In this document: piece after piece, positions 46,505 to 55,590 of the stretch
Layout: every line of letters starts with the position of its first letter
Position numbering within the stretch: position 1 is the first letter of the stretch
DNA from: Candidatus Collierbacteria bacterium GW2011_GWA2_42_17
Lineage (GTDB): Bacteria > Patescibacteriota > Microgenomatia > UBA1400 > MFAQ01
Length of the DNA stretch: 64,000 nucleotides
Direction of reading: 5' to 3'
Assembly: GCA_000998275.1 (NCBI GenBank)
Contig: LCDA01000003.1
Coordinates: 1,596-65,595 of the forward strand
Made by a program: the position numbers and the translations under genes
Notes under the pieces: model-generated
Database searches by the model: none
Told to the model about the DNA's origin: nothing
What the model saw: only the letters and a program-made list of their open reading frames with translations

Positions 46505-46561
46505 TTTTGACTATCCGAAATAGCGCTACTTGCGCTAGTAGACTCTCCGAAATAGCGCTAC
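46505..46561 (+). repeat. Two copies of a 25-bp direct repeat, each a hairpin (tagcgc-tactt-gcgcta)
   Basis: ccgaaatagcgctacttgcgctagt occurs twice, 7 bp apart, between the big secreted-protein gene and the M16 peptidase gene. Confidence 0.5.
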
Positions 46562-46595
46562 TTGCGCTAGTTATAATCCTAGTAAAATAACAAGT

Positions 46596-47837
46596 ATGGA
46601 TACAAATTTTCGTCAAATAAATATTAACGGAGCGTTAGTTGCCTTGTATAAAACAAATTCATTAAAAACGATTAGCCTTGATGTAAGAATTAAAGCTGGA
46701 TCTTGGTATGAAGATAGTGAAAAGTGGGGGAAGGCACATTTGCTTGAACATATGATGTTTCAAGGTACTGAGATGTTTTCCGATAGTAAGGCAATGGAGA
46801 TTTACAAAGAAGAAAACGGGATTTGGAGTAATGCGTCGACGAGTGGTCAAAGGATTGAATTGATAATGAAGATGCCAAGTGAATCAATTATCGCCGGATT
46901 AAGACTAATGGAGGAAATGTTGTTTAAGACGAAAATCTCTGAGGATAAACTGGCAAAAGAAAAAAAGGTTGTATTACAGGAGTATGAAGATAAATGGTCT
47001 AGGTCCGGAGTAAGGTTTTCAAAAAAAGTAGATCAACAATATTTTGGAAAAAACCATCTCTACACAAGAGATGGTCTGGGCGATAAAGAATACCTGAATA
47101 CTGTTTCAATGGCAGATTTAATTGAGTATCAGAAAGAAATGTTTGTGCCTGCAAATATGGTAATTGGAATAGCGGGAAATATCGATTTTGAATCGATTGA
47201 AAAAGAACTACGGAAGATGCTTATCCTATCGGGAAATGTAATTGAAAAGAAATTTAACAAAGTACAACCACAAACAGAAAGACTGATTCATTATGAGTCG
47301 GGAATGTCGACAGTGATTATTGATGTCGGTTGGACGATTGGGGGTATTGCAGAGACTACCTTTGAGGATCGATTAAAAATGGGAATTGCGGCATACATTC
47401 TTGGAGGGAGTCCGAGGTCATTATTACATTCAAAAGTTCGTGAGGAGTTAGCTTTGGCTTACAGTATTTCGATGGTTTTTGGATACTATCAAGTTGCGGG
47501 ATGGATTAGTGTGAAATCTTCAGTAAAACCGGAAAATCTGGAAGAAGTACTGAAAGAGATAGATTCTGTGATTGAAACATTCGTAGACCATCCAATTAAA
47601 GCCGATCTTTTTAATAGGGCAAAAAAATATTTAGGAATGAGTGAACAAATGAAGTTTGAATCGACAATGAATATTGCAGGAAATCTTTGTGGTTATTTAT
47701 TTTGGGAGGGTAGGGTTGTTCTTCCTGAAGAATACGAAGCAATTTTGGAAAAAATAACAGAAGATCAAGTAAGAATGGTTCTAAAGGAGGCAATTGATGG
47801 AAAGAAGCCATTGATATCAATAATGAAGTCAGAGTAG
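46596..47837 (+). CDS. M16 (pitrilysin/insulinase) family zinc peptidase
   Basis: Inverted zinc motif HLLEHMMF (HxxEH) at the N-terminus, a downstream Glu, and an overall length of about 410 aa. Confidence 0.8.
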   Translation: MDTNFRQININGALVALYKTNSLKTISLDVRIKAGSWYEDSEKWGKAHLLEHMMFQGTEMFSDSKAMEIYKEENGIWSNASTSGQRIELIMKMPSESIIAGLRLMEEMLFKTKISEDKLAKEKKVVLQEYEDKWSRSGVRFSKKVDQQYFGKNHLYTRDGLGDKEYLNTVSMADLIEYQKEMFVPANMVIGIAGNIDFESIEKELRKMLILSGNVIEKKFNKVQPQTERLIHYESGMSTVIIDVGWTIGGIAETTFEDRLKMGIAAYILGGSPRSLLHSKVREELALAYSISMVFGYYQVAGWISVKSSVKPENLEEVLKEIDSVIETFVDHPIKADLFNRAKKYLGMSEQMKFESTMNIAGNLCGYLFWEGRVVLPEEYEAILEKITEDQVRMVLKEAIDGKKPLISIMKSE

Positions 47838-47852
47838 GAGGAAAAATGGATA

Positions 47853-48731
47853 TTATGAGGCTAGGCGGAGATTGAGGTTTTCAAGCTTTTCTTTGATTTT
47901 GGTGCCTCTAAGGAAGGTGTAGAGAGGAAAAACGAGAACACTGGGAATAACAGAGAGGATGAGGGACTGGGCTCCGGCTAAAAGCCTGGACTTTAAGCTT
48001 GGTTTGTAGCCATATTTACTGACGGCAAGACGACGAACTCTTTGAGTAACGTTGAAAGTATGCTTGGGATCTCTAAAGGTTTCGGAGTCACCGTGCTGGC
48101 GGTACATGAGGGTAGTGGTCTTGAGATTGGCGTAAAGACCGAACTTGCCTAAACGAAAGTAGAGATCGAGGTCTTCGGCGGGAGTGAGATGGGGATTGTA
48201 CCAAACGAAGTCCTGGGGTAACAATCTTCGGTTGATCATGATGCCGGGGTGCTGGAGGGGATTGGCGGTGAACATAAGCTCATGAATGGCGATGTGATTT
48301 ACAGGGAAGAGCTTTTTACCTGTTATATGGCTATCTTTGTCCATGGTTAGACATTGGCCTCCAACGATAACGACACCGGGATGTTTGGTGAGGAAATTGA
48401 CCTGTTTTTGGAAACGGCTAGGTAAGGCGATGTCATCGGCGTCCATACGGGCTATTAGATGACCCTTGGCCTTGGTGAGGCCGAAATTGAGGGTGTTGGC
48501 GATTCTGAGGTTAGTTTTATTGTGATATACCTTGAAACGAGAGTCTATTTGGGTATAGTTTCTGAGAATCTTGTAAGAATCGTCCGTAGAAGCATCGTCA
48601 ATGGCGATTACTTCGAAGTAGGGATAGGTTTGGTAGCGAAGGCTTTCAAGAGCCTCCACAAGATACTTTCCGGCGTTGTAGACCGGAAGAATGACGGAGA
48701 TGAGAGGATTTTGAGTAATAGTATGTCTCAT
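47853..48731 (-). CDS. Family 2 glycosyltransferase
   Basis: ISVILPVYNAGKYLVEALESL, AIDDASTDDS (DxD), C-terminal TM. Confidence 0.85.
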   Translation of the reverse strand: MRHTITQNPLISVILPVYNAGKYLVEALESLRYQTYPYFEVIAIDDASTDDSYKILRNYTQIDSRFKVYHNKTNLRIANTLNFGLTKAKGHLIARMDADDIALPSRFQKQVNFLTKHPGVVIVGGQCLTMDKDSHITGKKLFPVNHIAIHELMFTANPLQHPGIMINRRLLPQDFVWYNPHLTPAEDLDLYFRLGKFGLYANLKTTTLMYRQHGDSETFRDPKHTFNVTQRVRRLAVSKYGYKPSLKSRLLAGAQSLILSVIPSVLVFPLYTFLRGTKIKEKLENLNLRLAS

Positions 48732-48876
48732 AGTGATATATACAGGATAGTACGTGAATATCCGTTTGTCAAGTACTACAGGGGAAAAGAGATTATTTGT
48801 GCCTATATTGAGTAAAAAATGCCCCGACGGGTTAGGTCGGGGCTTAGCAAAGGAGGAGGAACCTTTGAGTGTTGTC

Positions 48877-49044
48877 TTATTTTTTCATTTTAGTGCTGAA
48901 TGCGAGGGTTATTAGTCCCAGAACTACAAGAACTAGTCCAGGGAGGGAAAGATGGGCTTGGGGATCGGTAGCATGGAGAAAAAGAAGGATTGATCCCAGG
49001 GCAAGGCTAATAAAGCCGCCAAAGACGACAAAGTTTTTTTCCAT
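48877..49044 (-). CDS. Small two-TM membrane protein (55 aa)
   Basis: MEKNFVVFGGFISLALGSILLFLHATDPQAHLSLPGLVLVVLGLITLAFSTKMKK. AAGGAG SD 6 nt upstream. Not in the ORF track (under 60 aa). Confidence 0.45.
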   Translation of the reverse strand: MEKNFVVFGGFISLALGSILLFLHATDPQAHLSLPGLVLVVLGLITLAFSTKMKK

Positions 49045-49153
49045 TTCAGACTCCTTTTTTTTGAATGAGCATTGAGTTTTCTTTTAAGGTCGAGTTTCAG
49101 CCTCAAGAGAAAACTCCCCTGAGCTAGGCTCAGGGGATAGTTGTACTTGGAAA

Positions 49154-49645
49154 CTATTTGAGAAATTCGGCCGGAGGCGGAACAACCAGTTGGTTGTAGG
49201 TTTTGCCCTCATGCTGGGGCTTGGCTCCGTAGTTGCCTACGTGCAAATCCCAGGCACAGTCCAGCCCTGCTTGATTGGGGAGGGTCCACCAATGGCCTTT
49301 GACGCCATGAATGGTGATTTTTTCCCCAACATCAACACGTTGGACACCCTCGTTTGAGCCACCTGTCCACCATTCGTAAATGGCGGGACCTTCAATAGTG
49401 GTGACAACATAGGGGTCGAGCTCGCCCATATCATTGAATGGAACAGAGCTCGGGTCGCAAACGGCGACCGGGGCCACGGGTACGGGAACGGGGTCGCAGG
49501 TTTGCACGGCGACCGGGATTGGGGCAGAGTTTAATAACAGCTGCTGGTATATACCAAACAGCGCCTTGCCCACAAAGATACTGGCAATACAAAACAAAAT
49601 CAATGCAAGTATTGCAATTACAATCCACAAACCTCTTTTAGTCAT
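49154..49645 (-). CDS. Hypothetical N-terminally anchored secreted protein
   Basis: 163 aa. Signal/TM LWIVIAILALILFCIASIFVG. Pro/Val-rich linker (PVPVPVAPVAV). W-rich globular part. Confidence 0.45.
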   Translation of the reverse strand: MTKRGLWIVIAILALILFCIASIFVGKALFGIYQQLLLNSAPIPVAVQTCDPVPVPVAPVAVCDPSSVPFNDMGELDPYVVTTIEGPAIYEWWTGGSNEGVQRVDVGEKITIHGVKGHWWTLPNQAGLDCAWDLHVGNYGAKPQHEGKTYNQLVVPPPAEFLK

Positions 49646-49783
49646 TTCATTCCTCCTTTGGAATGGTTATTTTCCGCTTACGCGGTTTTTTTAGCTTCCA
49701 ATTTTAAAGTACGTAGACTTTTGAGATCTACTCTCCGTCCTCTAGTTAGGCTCGAGGACAGAGGTAAGTTTCAAAAGTTAGAG

Positions 49784-50236
49784 TTAGTGTTTTAAAGTCT
49801 TGGCTTTGACGAAGGAGAGAAGGCCGCCAAGGTAAGCAATGCCGGCAAAGTTGAAGAAGGCAGCACTATCGGCACCAGTATCAACGGTAACGTGCTCGGT
49901 GCAGGTGTCGGCTGAGCCGTAGACCGGAGTACAAATAGTAGTTTTGGTGACGATGGTTGAAGCGGCAACTGACTGTCCGCCTTTGGTGGTTACTTTGTCG
50001 GTAACTTTAGGCATAGCGGTAGGGGTAACCGAGGGGATAGGAGTAATTATTACCGTAGGACTGGGTGTAGGAGTTAGGGTGCTATCGTTTTCGATCTCGT
50101 TGGCCGGAACGCCGATACTATCGACTGGTTTTTGAGGGGTAATTCTTTTGGCCAGAGAATAGGTGACCGCGCCGGTGAGGACGAGAATGACGAAGATAAT
50201 AGGCAAAATTGATTTCATATGGGCGAATGATAACAT
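49784..50236 (-). CDS. Secreted protein with C-terminal sorting-signal-like tail (candidate sortase substrate)
   Basis: N-terminal signal. T/P-rich linker. The C-terminus VDTGADSAAFFNFAGIAYLGGLLSFVKAKTLKH is a hydrophobic helix with a basic tail. Lies immediately downstream of the sortase gene. Confidence 0.45.
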   Translation of the reverse strand: MLSFAHMKSILPIIFVILVLTGAVTYSLAKRITPQKPVDSIGVPANEIENDSTLTPTPSPTVIITPIPSVTPTAMPKVTDKVTTKGGQSVAASTIVTKTTICTPVYGSADTCTEHVTVDTGADSAAFFNFAGIAYLGGLLSFVKAKTLKH

Positions 50237-50283
50237 GGCGAAGGCCTAATGTCAACCTATAGTGAAAGGAAGGCGGTAACTAT

Positions 50284-50976
50284 TTATATCCTGTTGGCGT
50301 AGACAAAGAACCTCACAGGACTGTTCCATAACTGACACGTGTAGAGAATTAGGTCCGTGCTGTAATCGGTTATTTTCGTGCCTGAAGATACAGAGTAAAT
50401 TTTATATTCATATTGACGCTGATTCCAGATTATTTTGATAGTATCACCGGCCACCAGGTCCGGAAGACTGTAAAAGGAGTTGAGTTTTCGGAAAGCGGCG
50501 GACCAGTTGAGATAGCCCCAACGATGGGCGGCGAGAATAACGGGGCGAGAGTTGTCTTCCGGGGTACCAAAGTCGGGAACCCTCCAGACACCTTGTTTGA
50601 GGATTTCTTCCCAGTCGGAGCCTTCGTGTATTTCTCCTTTAACCCCAATTTTGTCGATGAGGAGACCATTTTCTTTGGGGAGTGAGGGGTCAATGTCTGG
50701 GAGGGGAGGGATGACGGCCGGGGTGGGGGTTGGTGATGGTAAAGATGTAGGAGTTGCGTCGACAGAGACGGTTGAGGCGATTGTGGAGGCAAGTATGCCT
50801 GAAGTCTGCGGGAAAAGACGGTAGTAGAGGTGGGGCCAGGAAGGAAGCAAGGCTAAAATGGTGGCGGAAAGCCAAAAAGTAACTCCGATGGTGACAAAGG
50901 ATCTTTTGGTAAATCGCATATACTTAAGTTTAGCAGTAGTTTGGAGCAAACTACTCTTGCATGTAATCAGTAACAA
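50284..50976 (-). CDS. Sortase family transpeptidase
   Basis: PVILAAHR (active-site His), LILYTC (TLxTC Cys), downstream conserved Arg (SPVRFF), N-terminal TM anchor. The start may be the internal MRF at 50917. Confidence 0.75.
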   Translation of the reverse strand: MLLITCKSSLLQTTAKLKYMRFTKRSFVTIGVTFWLSATILALLPSWPHLYYRLFPQTSGILASTIASTVSVDATPTSLPSPTPTPAVIPPLPDIDPSLPKENGLLIDKIGVKGEIHEGSDWEEILKQGVWRVPDFGTPEDNSRPVILAAHRWGYLNWSAAFRKLNSFYSLPDLVAGDTIKIIWNQRQYEYKIYSVSSGTKITDYSTDLILYTCQLWNSPVRFFVYANRI

Positions 50977-51235
50977 TACTGATTATTTTTCTAATCTTTT
51001 CATTACAGTCTTTAAAAGAAATTCTATCTAATATGGAGTTTCCGTATTTTCTAAACAGATCACTTATGAGTGCGTGTATGAATGATTGAGTTGCTGCCTC
51101 AACCCCTTTAAAATTCAAGATAATATCTTCACCATTTTCTAACATGGGAATTAACTCGTTTAATCTGATGTTTCGTGCGATATCTTTGTTTTCAGCAAAA
51201 TTTCCTGTTTTTGGTAATAAGATTATTTCTGTCAT
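50951..51235 (-). CDS. STAS-like small protein (DUF4325/SiaC-like), partner of the adjacent GHKL ATPase
   Basis: 94 aa. The alpha/beta pattern (DIILNFKGVEAATQSFIHALISDLF) is reminiscent of anti-sigma-antagonist-like STAS folds. ATGA overlap with the ATPase gene. Confidence 0.45.
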   Translation of the reverse strand: MTEIILLPKTGNFAENKDIARNIRLNELIPMLENGEDIILNFKGVEAATQSFIHALISDLFRKYGNSILDRISFKDCNEKIRKIISIVTDYMQE

Positions 51236-52194
51236 ATGAATTTTGCTTCTTTATGCCTAATTCTTTTTCTTTCCGTGAGACCTTCTGAATAGGCTTTTCT
51301 GATAAGGTCGAGTAGTTTCGTGAAGTCGTTGTTTTGATTGAGCGTGATATCAATACCAACAACCGTTCCTTGCCAGCTAGGTAAATCTGTATTTTCTGAG
51401 TGGCCGTCTTTATTTGGGTCAGCGAACAAACGGACGTTTTTGTTAACAGGTGTTCTTAGTAGTTTAAATAATGAGTGGCCGCTATAAATCATAAAAAAGT
51501 CTCTACTGACTTTGGCGATTGACTTGATAAAAAACAATCCTGCCCCCGCATTTGTTTCCGTTCCGCCAATTTTGGTTGTTGTTCCGGTAATTCCCGGAAC
51601 AAGTGCGAGCTTGATCGCGGTCATGTCGTCTTCGACACTATATGACTGTCTCATTGAGTTTTTTATGCCGATACCGGTATCGGCGATTCCTATTCGAATT
51701 CTGTTTACATCTGGGTAGTACTGAGCACACAAAATGGCTCCGTATGGTGATTCGGAGTGTTCAAAAACATTTCTAGCTAGTTCCGAGATGACATATTTAA
51801 TGGGTTCAGCCTGAACTGGATCCAGGTGGAGAAGGGGAATGACTTCGGTAATAAAATAGGTTAGTTCATCCGAGTTTCTAATTATTGTTAAGGGGATAAA
51901 ACGCCCAGCGGCTTCATGTTCATGTATTTTTATACCAGAGTCAATGCCAAGTATTTTGAACATACCCATTCTCTCAAAATAATTTTTTGATTTTGCTTCA
52001 AATGGTTCGCAGTAAATGTTGTCTTTGCCGATTGTAAGACCCAAAGAAGCAACCATTGAAAGAACAACGGGGTGTACTGAAATCCAGTTTTTATTTGCGG
52101 TGATTTCTAGTCTTGACCTGTCGGAAAAATCGATAGAACGTAGAAAAGAGTCGATGTTTCCAATAAAAGCACTGTTTGGTAAGTGAATCTTCAT
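51232..52194 (-). CDS. GHKL/HATPase_c-type ATP-binding protein with a 120-aa N-terminal domain of unknown function
   Basis: N-box ISELARNVFEHS, G1 IGIADTGIGI, G2 NAGAGLFFIKSIA (Bergerat fold). No HisKA/DHp domain recognisable. Confidence 0.65.
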   Translation of the reverse strand: MKIHLPNSAFIGNIDSFLRSIDFSDRSRLEITANKNWISVHPVVLSMVASLGLTIGKDNIYCEPFEAKSKNYFERMGMFKILGIDSGIKIHEHEAAGRFIPLTIIRNSDELTYFITEVIPLLHLDPVQAEPIKYVISELARNVFEHSESPYGAILCAQYYPDVNRIRIGIADTGIGIKNSMRQSYSVEDDMTAIKLALVPGITGTTTKIGGTETNAGAGLFFIKSIAKVSRDFFMIYSGHSLFKLLRTPVNKNVRLFADPNKDGHSENTDLPSWQGTVVGIDITLNQNNDFTKLLDLIRKAYSEGLTERKRIRHKEAKFI

Positions 52195-52204
52195 AGACGT
52201 ATTT

Positions 52205-52276
52205 TACCGGGATTCCCGGTATTTGTCAAGATTACCGGGATTCCCGGCATTTTATGGATTATTCAGGATTCCTGGA
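52205..52276. repeat. Three copies of a quasi-palindromic motif (ACCGGGATTCCCGG x2, TCAGGATTCCTGGA) in the divergent region upstream of the ATPase operon and rho
   Basis: Read directly at 52205-52219, 52232-52246 and 52263-52276, 28-31 bp apart. Confidence 0.4.
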
Positions 52277-52381
52277 ACATTTTGCCGATTAAAGCGAGAT
52301 CCATCGCTGAAAAAGGCAGGAGAGAATGGTGATGCTGTAATTGATAGATTGATATACTTGAGTAGACCTATATAACACGGG

Positions 52382-52410
52382 TTGACAAAGTTAGGTTCAG
52401 ATGATATACT
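52382..52410 (+). promoter_or_regulatory. Sigma-70-type promoter for rho with a leader of about 370 nt
   Basis: TTGACA, a 17-nt spacer, then TATACT. The rho ATG is at 52797. Confidence 0.5.
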
Positions 52411-52796
52411 GCCTCTTAGTTTGACATACTTTTGATTCGATTGAAGGTGAAATGGGTTTGGTTCGCAGTACCAACCTTAAAACCTGGCGCTGCAGCTAAG
52501 GCCTTACGCGTTTCACCCTTAATCGACTTAATTGATTTCGAACTAACCTCCCTTCCGTTGATTCTAAAAATATCCTCGAAATGTCGAGGATGATACATGT
52601 TTGTATTTATCCAGAGTGGGGTTTTGACTACGAGCTCCGCCTCATGGTGGTGAGTTGTAGTCACATTTAGCTTACCGGACTTGACAGCGAGTCTATCCGT
52701 TGTAGAATTGAGATGTTCCTATCTAATTTCCCTCCAATCGCAGATGATTTTTTCTAGTTTCCAAAATTTTACTAATAAAACCTAATTTCCTATCTT

Positions 52797-54200
52797 ATGG
52801 CAGAAAAAGCCAAGACCCGTGTTAAAAAAACTGTTGCCGTTGCAGAGTCTCCGGTAACTCCTATTGCTGAACCTGTAGCTTTGTCGACCGCTCCCTCAAA
52901 AGAGGAAACTCCTGTAGCTACTCCCGTGGCTCCCGTATCCCGACCTGTCGTTCCCGGCAACCAACTACCGCCGCAGTATCAAGGCAGACCTTACGTGAGG
53001 CCACAGTATCAGCAACGTCCGATGATGCGACCTTCATTTGTACGCGCACCACAAGAACCGGTAATTACCGAAGAGGTAACCGGCATTGTGGATGTTTTTG
53101 GATCCGATGGCCGAGCAATGGCTCGTGCCGAGTACCGACCAGGAGAGAATGACGTATTTATTACCTCACAGATGGTGAGAGCCTCCAAACTTCGTCCCGG
53201 GGATGTGGTAGTTGGCCTTGCCAGACGTCCTAAAGAGAACGAGCCTTACTGGAATATGGTACAGATCACCAAGATTAACGGAGTGGATGCAACCACGGTT
53301 ACCGAAAGGCTGCGATTTGAAAAAGGTGTCCCAATTTACCCTTACGAGAAGCTAAAACTGGAAACGGGCAAAGAAATATTGTCGACCCGTTTGATTGATC
53401 TTTGTGCTCCGATTGGCCGAGGACAGAGAGGTATTATTGTGTCTCCTCCTAAAGCCGGTAAAACAACCATCATTAAAGAAATTGCGTCTGGAATTGCGGC
53501 CAACTATCCCGAGATTCACATCATTGCCGTTCTTGTGGGTGAGCGCCCCGAAGAAGTGACCGATATTTCTCGACATATTAAAGCCATTACCAAAGACTCG
53601 GACATGTTGGGTGAGACAGCTGCCAGCAACTTTGACGAAAAAGCCGAGGAACAAACCAAAGTAGCAGAGATCGCTCTGGAACGGGCGAAGCGCTTAGTGG
53701 AGCAGGGAAAAGACGTAGTGATACTTTTGGACTCCGTTACTCGTCTTGCCCGTGCCTACAACTTGGCTATTCCAACATCCGGTCGTACGTTGTCCGGTGG
53801 ATTTGATCCGGCAGCTTTGTATCCTCCTAAGAAATTCTTTGGTGCGGCACGTAAAATCGAGGGTGGCGGAAGTTTGACCATTATTGGTACCGCACTAATC
53901 GATACCGGCTCACGTATGGATGATCTCGTTTACGAAGAGTTTAAGGGTACCGGCAACATGGAGCTTCACTTGGATCGCCATTTGGCAGAGAGACGCATCT
54001 ACCCATCTATTGACGTGATGAGAAGTGGTACTCGTCGCGACGACTTGCTTTTTGACAACGTGGAGTACCAGAGCATCATCCTGATGCGTAGAATGCTGGA
54101 CATGTTGGGTGACAATGAGAGAACGGAAGTACTCTTGTCCCGTTTGCAAAAGACAAAATCAAATAAGGAGTTCTTGGCCTCACTGAAAGACGGCGGGTAA
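52797..54200 (+). CDS. rho: Transcription termination factor Rho (with low-complexity N-terminal insertion)
   Basis: P-loop GQRGIIVSPPKAGKTT, Q/R loops, CSD-like RNA-binding region, N-terminal P/Q/R-rich extension. Confidence 0.95.
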   Translation: MAEKAKTRVKKTVAVAESPVTPIAEPVALSTAPSKEETPVATPVAPVSRPVVPGNQLPPQYQGRPYVRPQYQQRPMMRPSFVRAPQEPVITEEVTGIVDVFGSDGRAMARAEYRPGENDVFITSQMVRASKLRPGDVVVGLARRPKENEPYWNMVQITKINGVDATTVTERLRFEKGVPIYPYEKLKLETGKEILSTRLIDLCAPIGRGQRGIIVSPPKAGKTTIIKEIASGIAANYPEIHIIAVLVGERPEEVTDISRHIKAITKDSDMLGETAASNFDEKAEEQTKVAEIALERAKRLVEQGKDVVILLDSVTRLARAYNLAIPTSGRTLSGGFDPAALYPPKKFFGAARKIEGGGSLTIIGTALIDTGSRMDDLVYEEFKGTGNMELHLDRHLAERRIYPSIDVMRSGTRRDDLLFDNVEYQSIILMRRMLDMLGDNERTEVLLSRLQKTKSNKEFLASLKDGG

Positions 54201-54205
54201 TCCCC

Positions 54206-55231
54206 CTATATATTACTAATGAAGAGACCGAAGATGACGAGGATTGTTGTGGCTAGCCAAGCCCGTTGAGTTAGTTGAGATTCTTTCCAACCTTTTTTCA
54301 AAAACAAATAATGGATCGGGGCAACGGGCAAAATTGGTCTTTTGATGATAGCTTTGGCGGACAGTTGTATAAAGCTGGATAAGAACTCTACGAAAAAAAG
54401 GAGTCCAAAAATGAAGATGATGAATACTTTGCCGCTTAGAAGAGCGATGGTGGCCAGTGTGGCTCCAAATGAAAGGGAACCAACGTCACCCAAAAAAACA
54501 TTAGCGGGATAAACATTGAAATAGAGGAAAGCAACAATGGTACCAATCCAGATACCAATAAAAGTAGAGAGGGGTGTGTCGATAATATTAACGCTGATGA
54601 TCAAATAACCAAACAAACAAATTAAAAGAATTCCCATACTTAGACCATCGACACCGTCTGTAAAATTAACCGCGTTGGAAAAGATGATGATGACAAGTGC
54701 GGCAAAGATTATAAAGATAGGACCAAGATGGAGTATACCGATTATGGGGAAGTTGATGAAGTTTATTCCTAACCCAAAATACATAAATGAGGAGATGGCC
54801 GTAGCGAGCAACACCTGAATTAAAAGTTTGGTCTTGGTTTTTATTCCAGAAAATCCTCTATCTTGTTGAAGCTCAAAAAACTTGACGATATCATCGTATA
54901 GTCCGAGTAGCCCGAACGATATAAGGCTAAAGATGATAATGCCGATTTCTTTGACAATCGGGAAGTTTGAGGTGATATTGCCATTAACGCTGTGAAAAAG
55001 CGTAAAAATCGAGAGAAAGAGAAAAATAATGACGATAATTAATAACAGACCTGCTCCTTCGGGGGTTCTTGATTTGCTTTTTAGGTGAGTAATGGCGGCG
55101 TTTTTGTTTAGTGAAGTGATAGCAGTTTTCTTTTTGAAAAATTTTAGTTTATAGAGAAAATTTATAAAAGGAACTATCAAAACGGCAGTGATGAAAAATG
55201 AAGTGATGATGGTTGTGAGGGCTATAAACAT
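54206..55231 (-). CDS. mraY: Phospho-N-acetylmuramoyl-pentapeptide transferase
   Basis: 10-TM profile. NAVNFTDGVDGL and DVGSLSFGATLATIA motifs of MraY/WecA-family transferases. Length 341 aa. Confidence 0.9.
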   Translation of the reverse strand: MFIALTTIITSFFITAVLIVPFINFLYKLKFFKKKTAITSLNKNAAITHLKSKSRTPEGAGLLLIIVIIFLFLSIFTLFHSVNGNITSNFPIVKEIGIIIFSLISFGLLGLYDDIVKFFELQQDRGFSGIKTKTKLLIQVLLATAISSFMYFGLGINFINFPIIGILHLGPIFIIFAALVIIIFSNAVNFTDGVDGLSMGILLICLFGYLIISVNIIDTPLSTFIGIWIGTIVAFLYFNVYPANVFLGDVGSLSFGATLATIALLSGKVFIIFIFGLLFFVEFLSSFIQLSAKAIIKRPILPVAPIHYLFLKKGWKESQLTQRAWLATTILVIFGLFISNI

Positions 55232-55298
55232 ACTGATACTATTACTATTTCTAGGTTATAGAATGTTAAAAACAAGTGAATTTTTTGGTTTGGAGGCA

Positions 55299-55571
55299 CT
55301 ATTCAAAGACATCAAAAAATACTTTTTGATTGTTACTATCTAATACGTTAACCAAAGATTCAAGATGAGTTTTTTGACATTGGTCGAGTCCATTAATCGC
55401 ACTTTGCATGATGCGAACGAAAGAAGAGTCGGTGAGAAGTTTTAATTGGTCTTCTGAACTTGCCTGCTTAAGCATTGTTAGACCTATACCAAATGATTCG
55501 TGTGCTGTTTTTGCAGTATACAGAGGGAGAATGTCTTCAGAGATACCCTTGCCGTAAACATTTTCGACCAT
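55299..55571 (-). CDS. Hypothetical protein
   Basis: 90-aa ORF, no motif. Confidence 0.35.
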   Translation of the reverse strand: MVENVYGKGISEDILPLYTAKTAHESFGIGLTMLKQASSEDQLKLLTDSSFVRIMQSAINGLDQCQKTHLESLVNVLDSNNQKVFFDVFE

Positions 55572-55590
55572 ACGTGTATTATATAGTATA

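Noticed and set aside
52416-52664. 82-aa minus-strand ORF upstream of rho
   Set aside because: It lies inside the predicted rho leader, downstream of a consensus plus-strand promoter. It has no SD and no motif.
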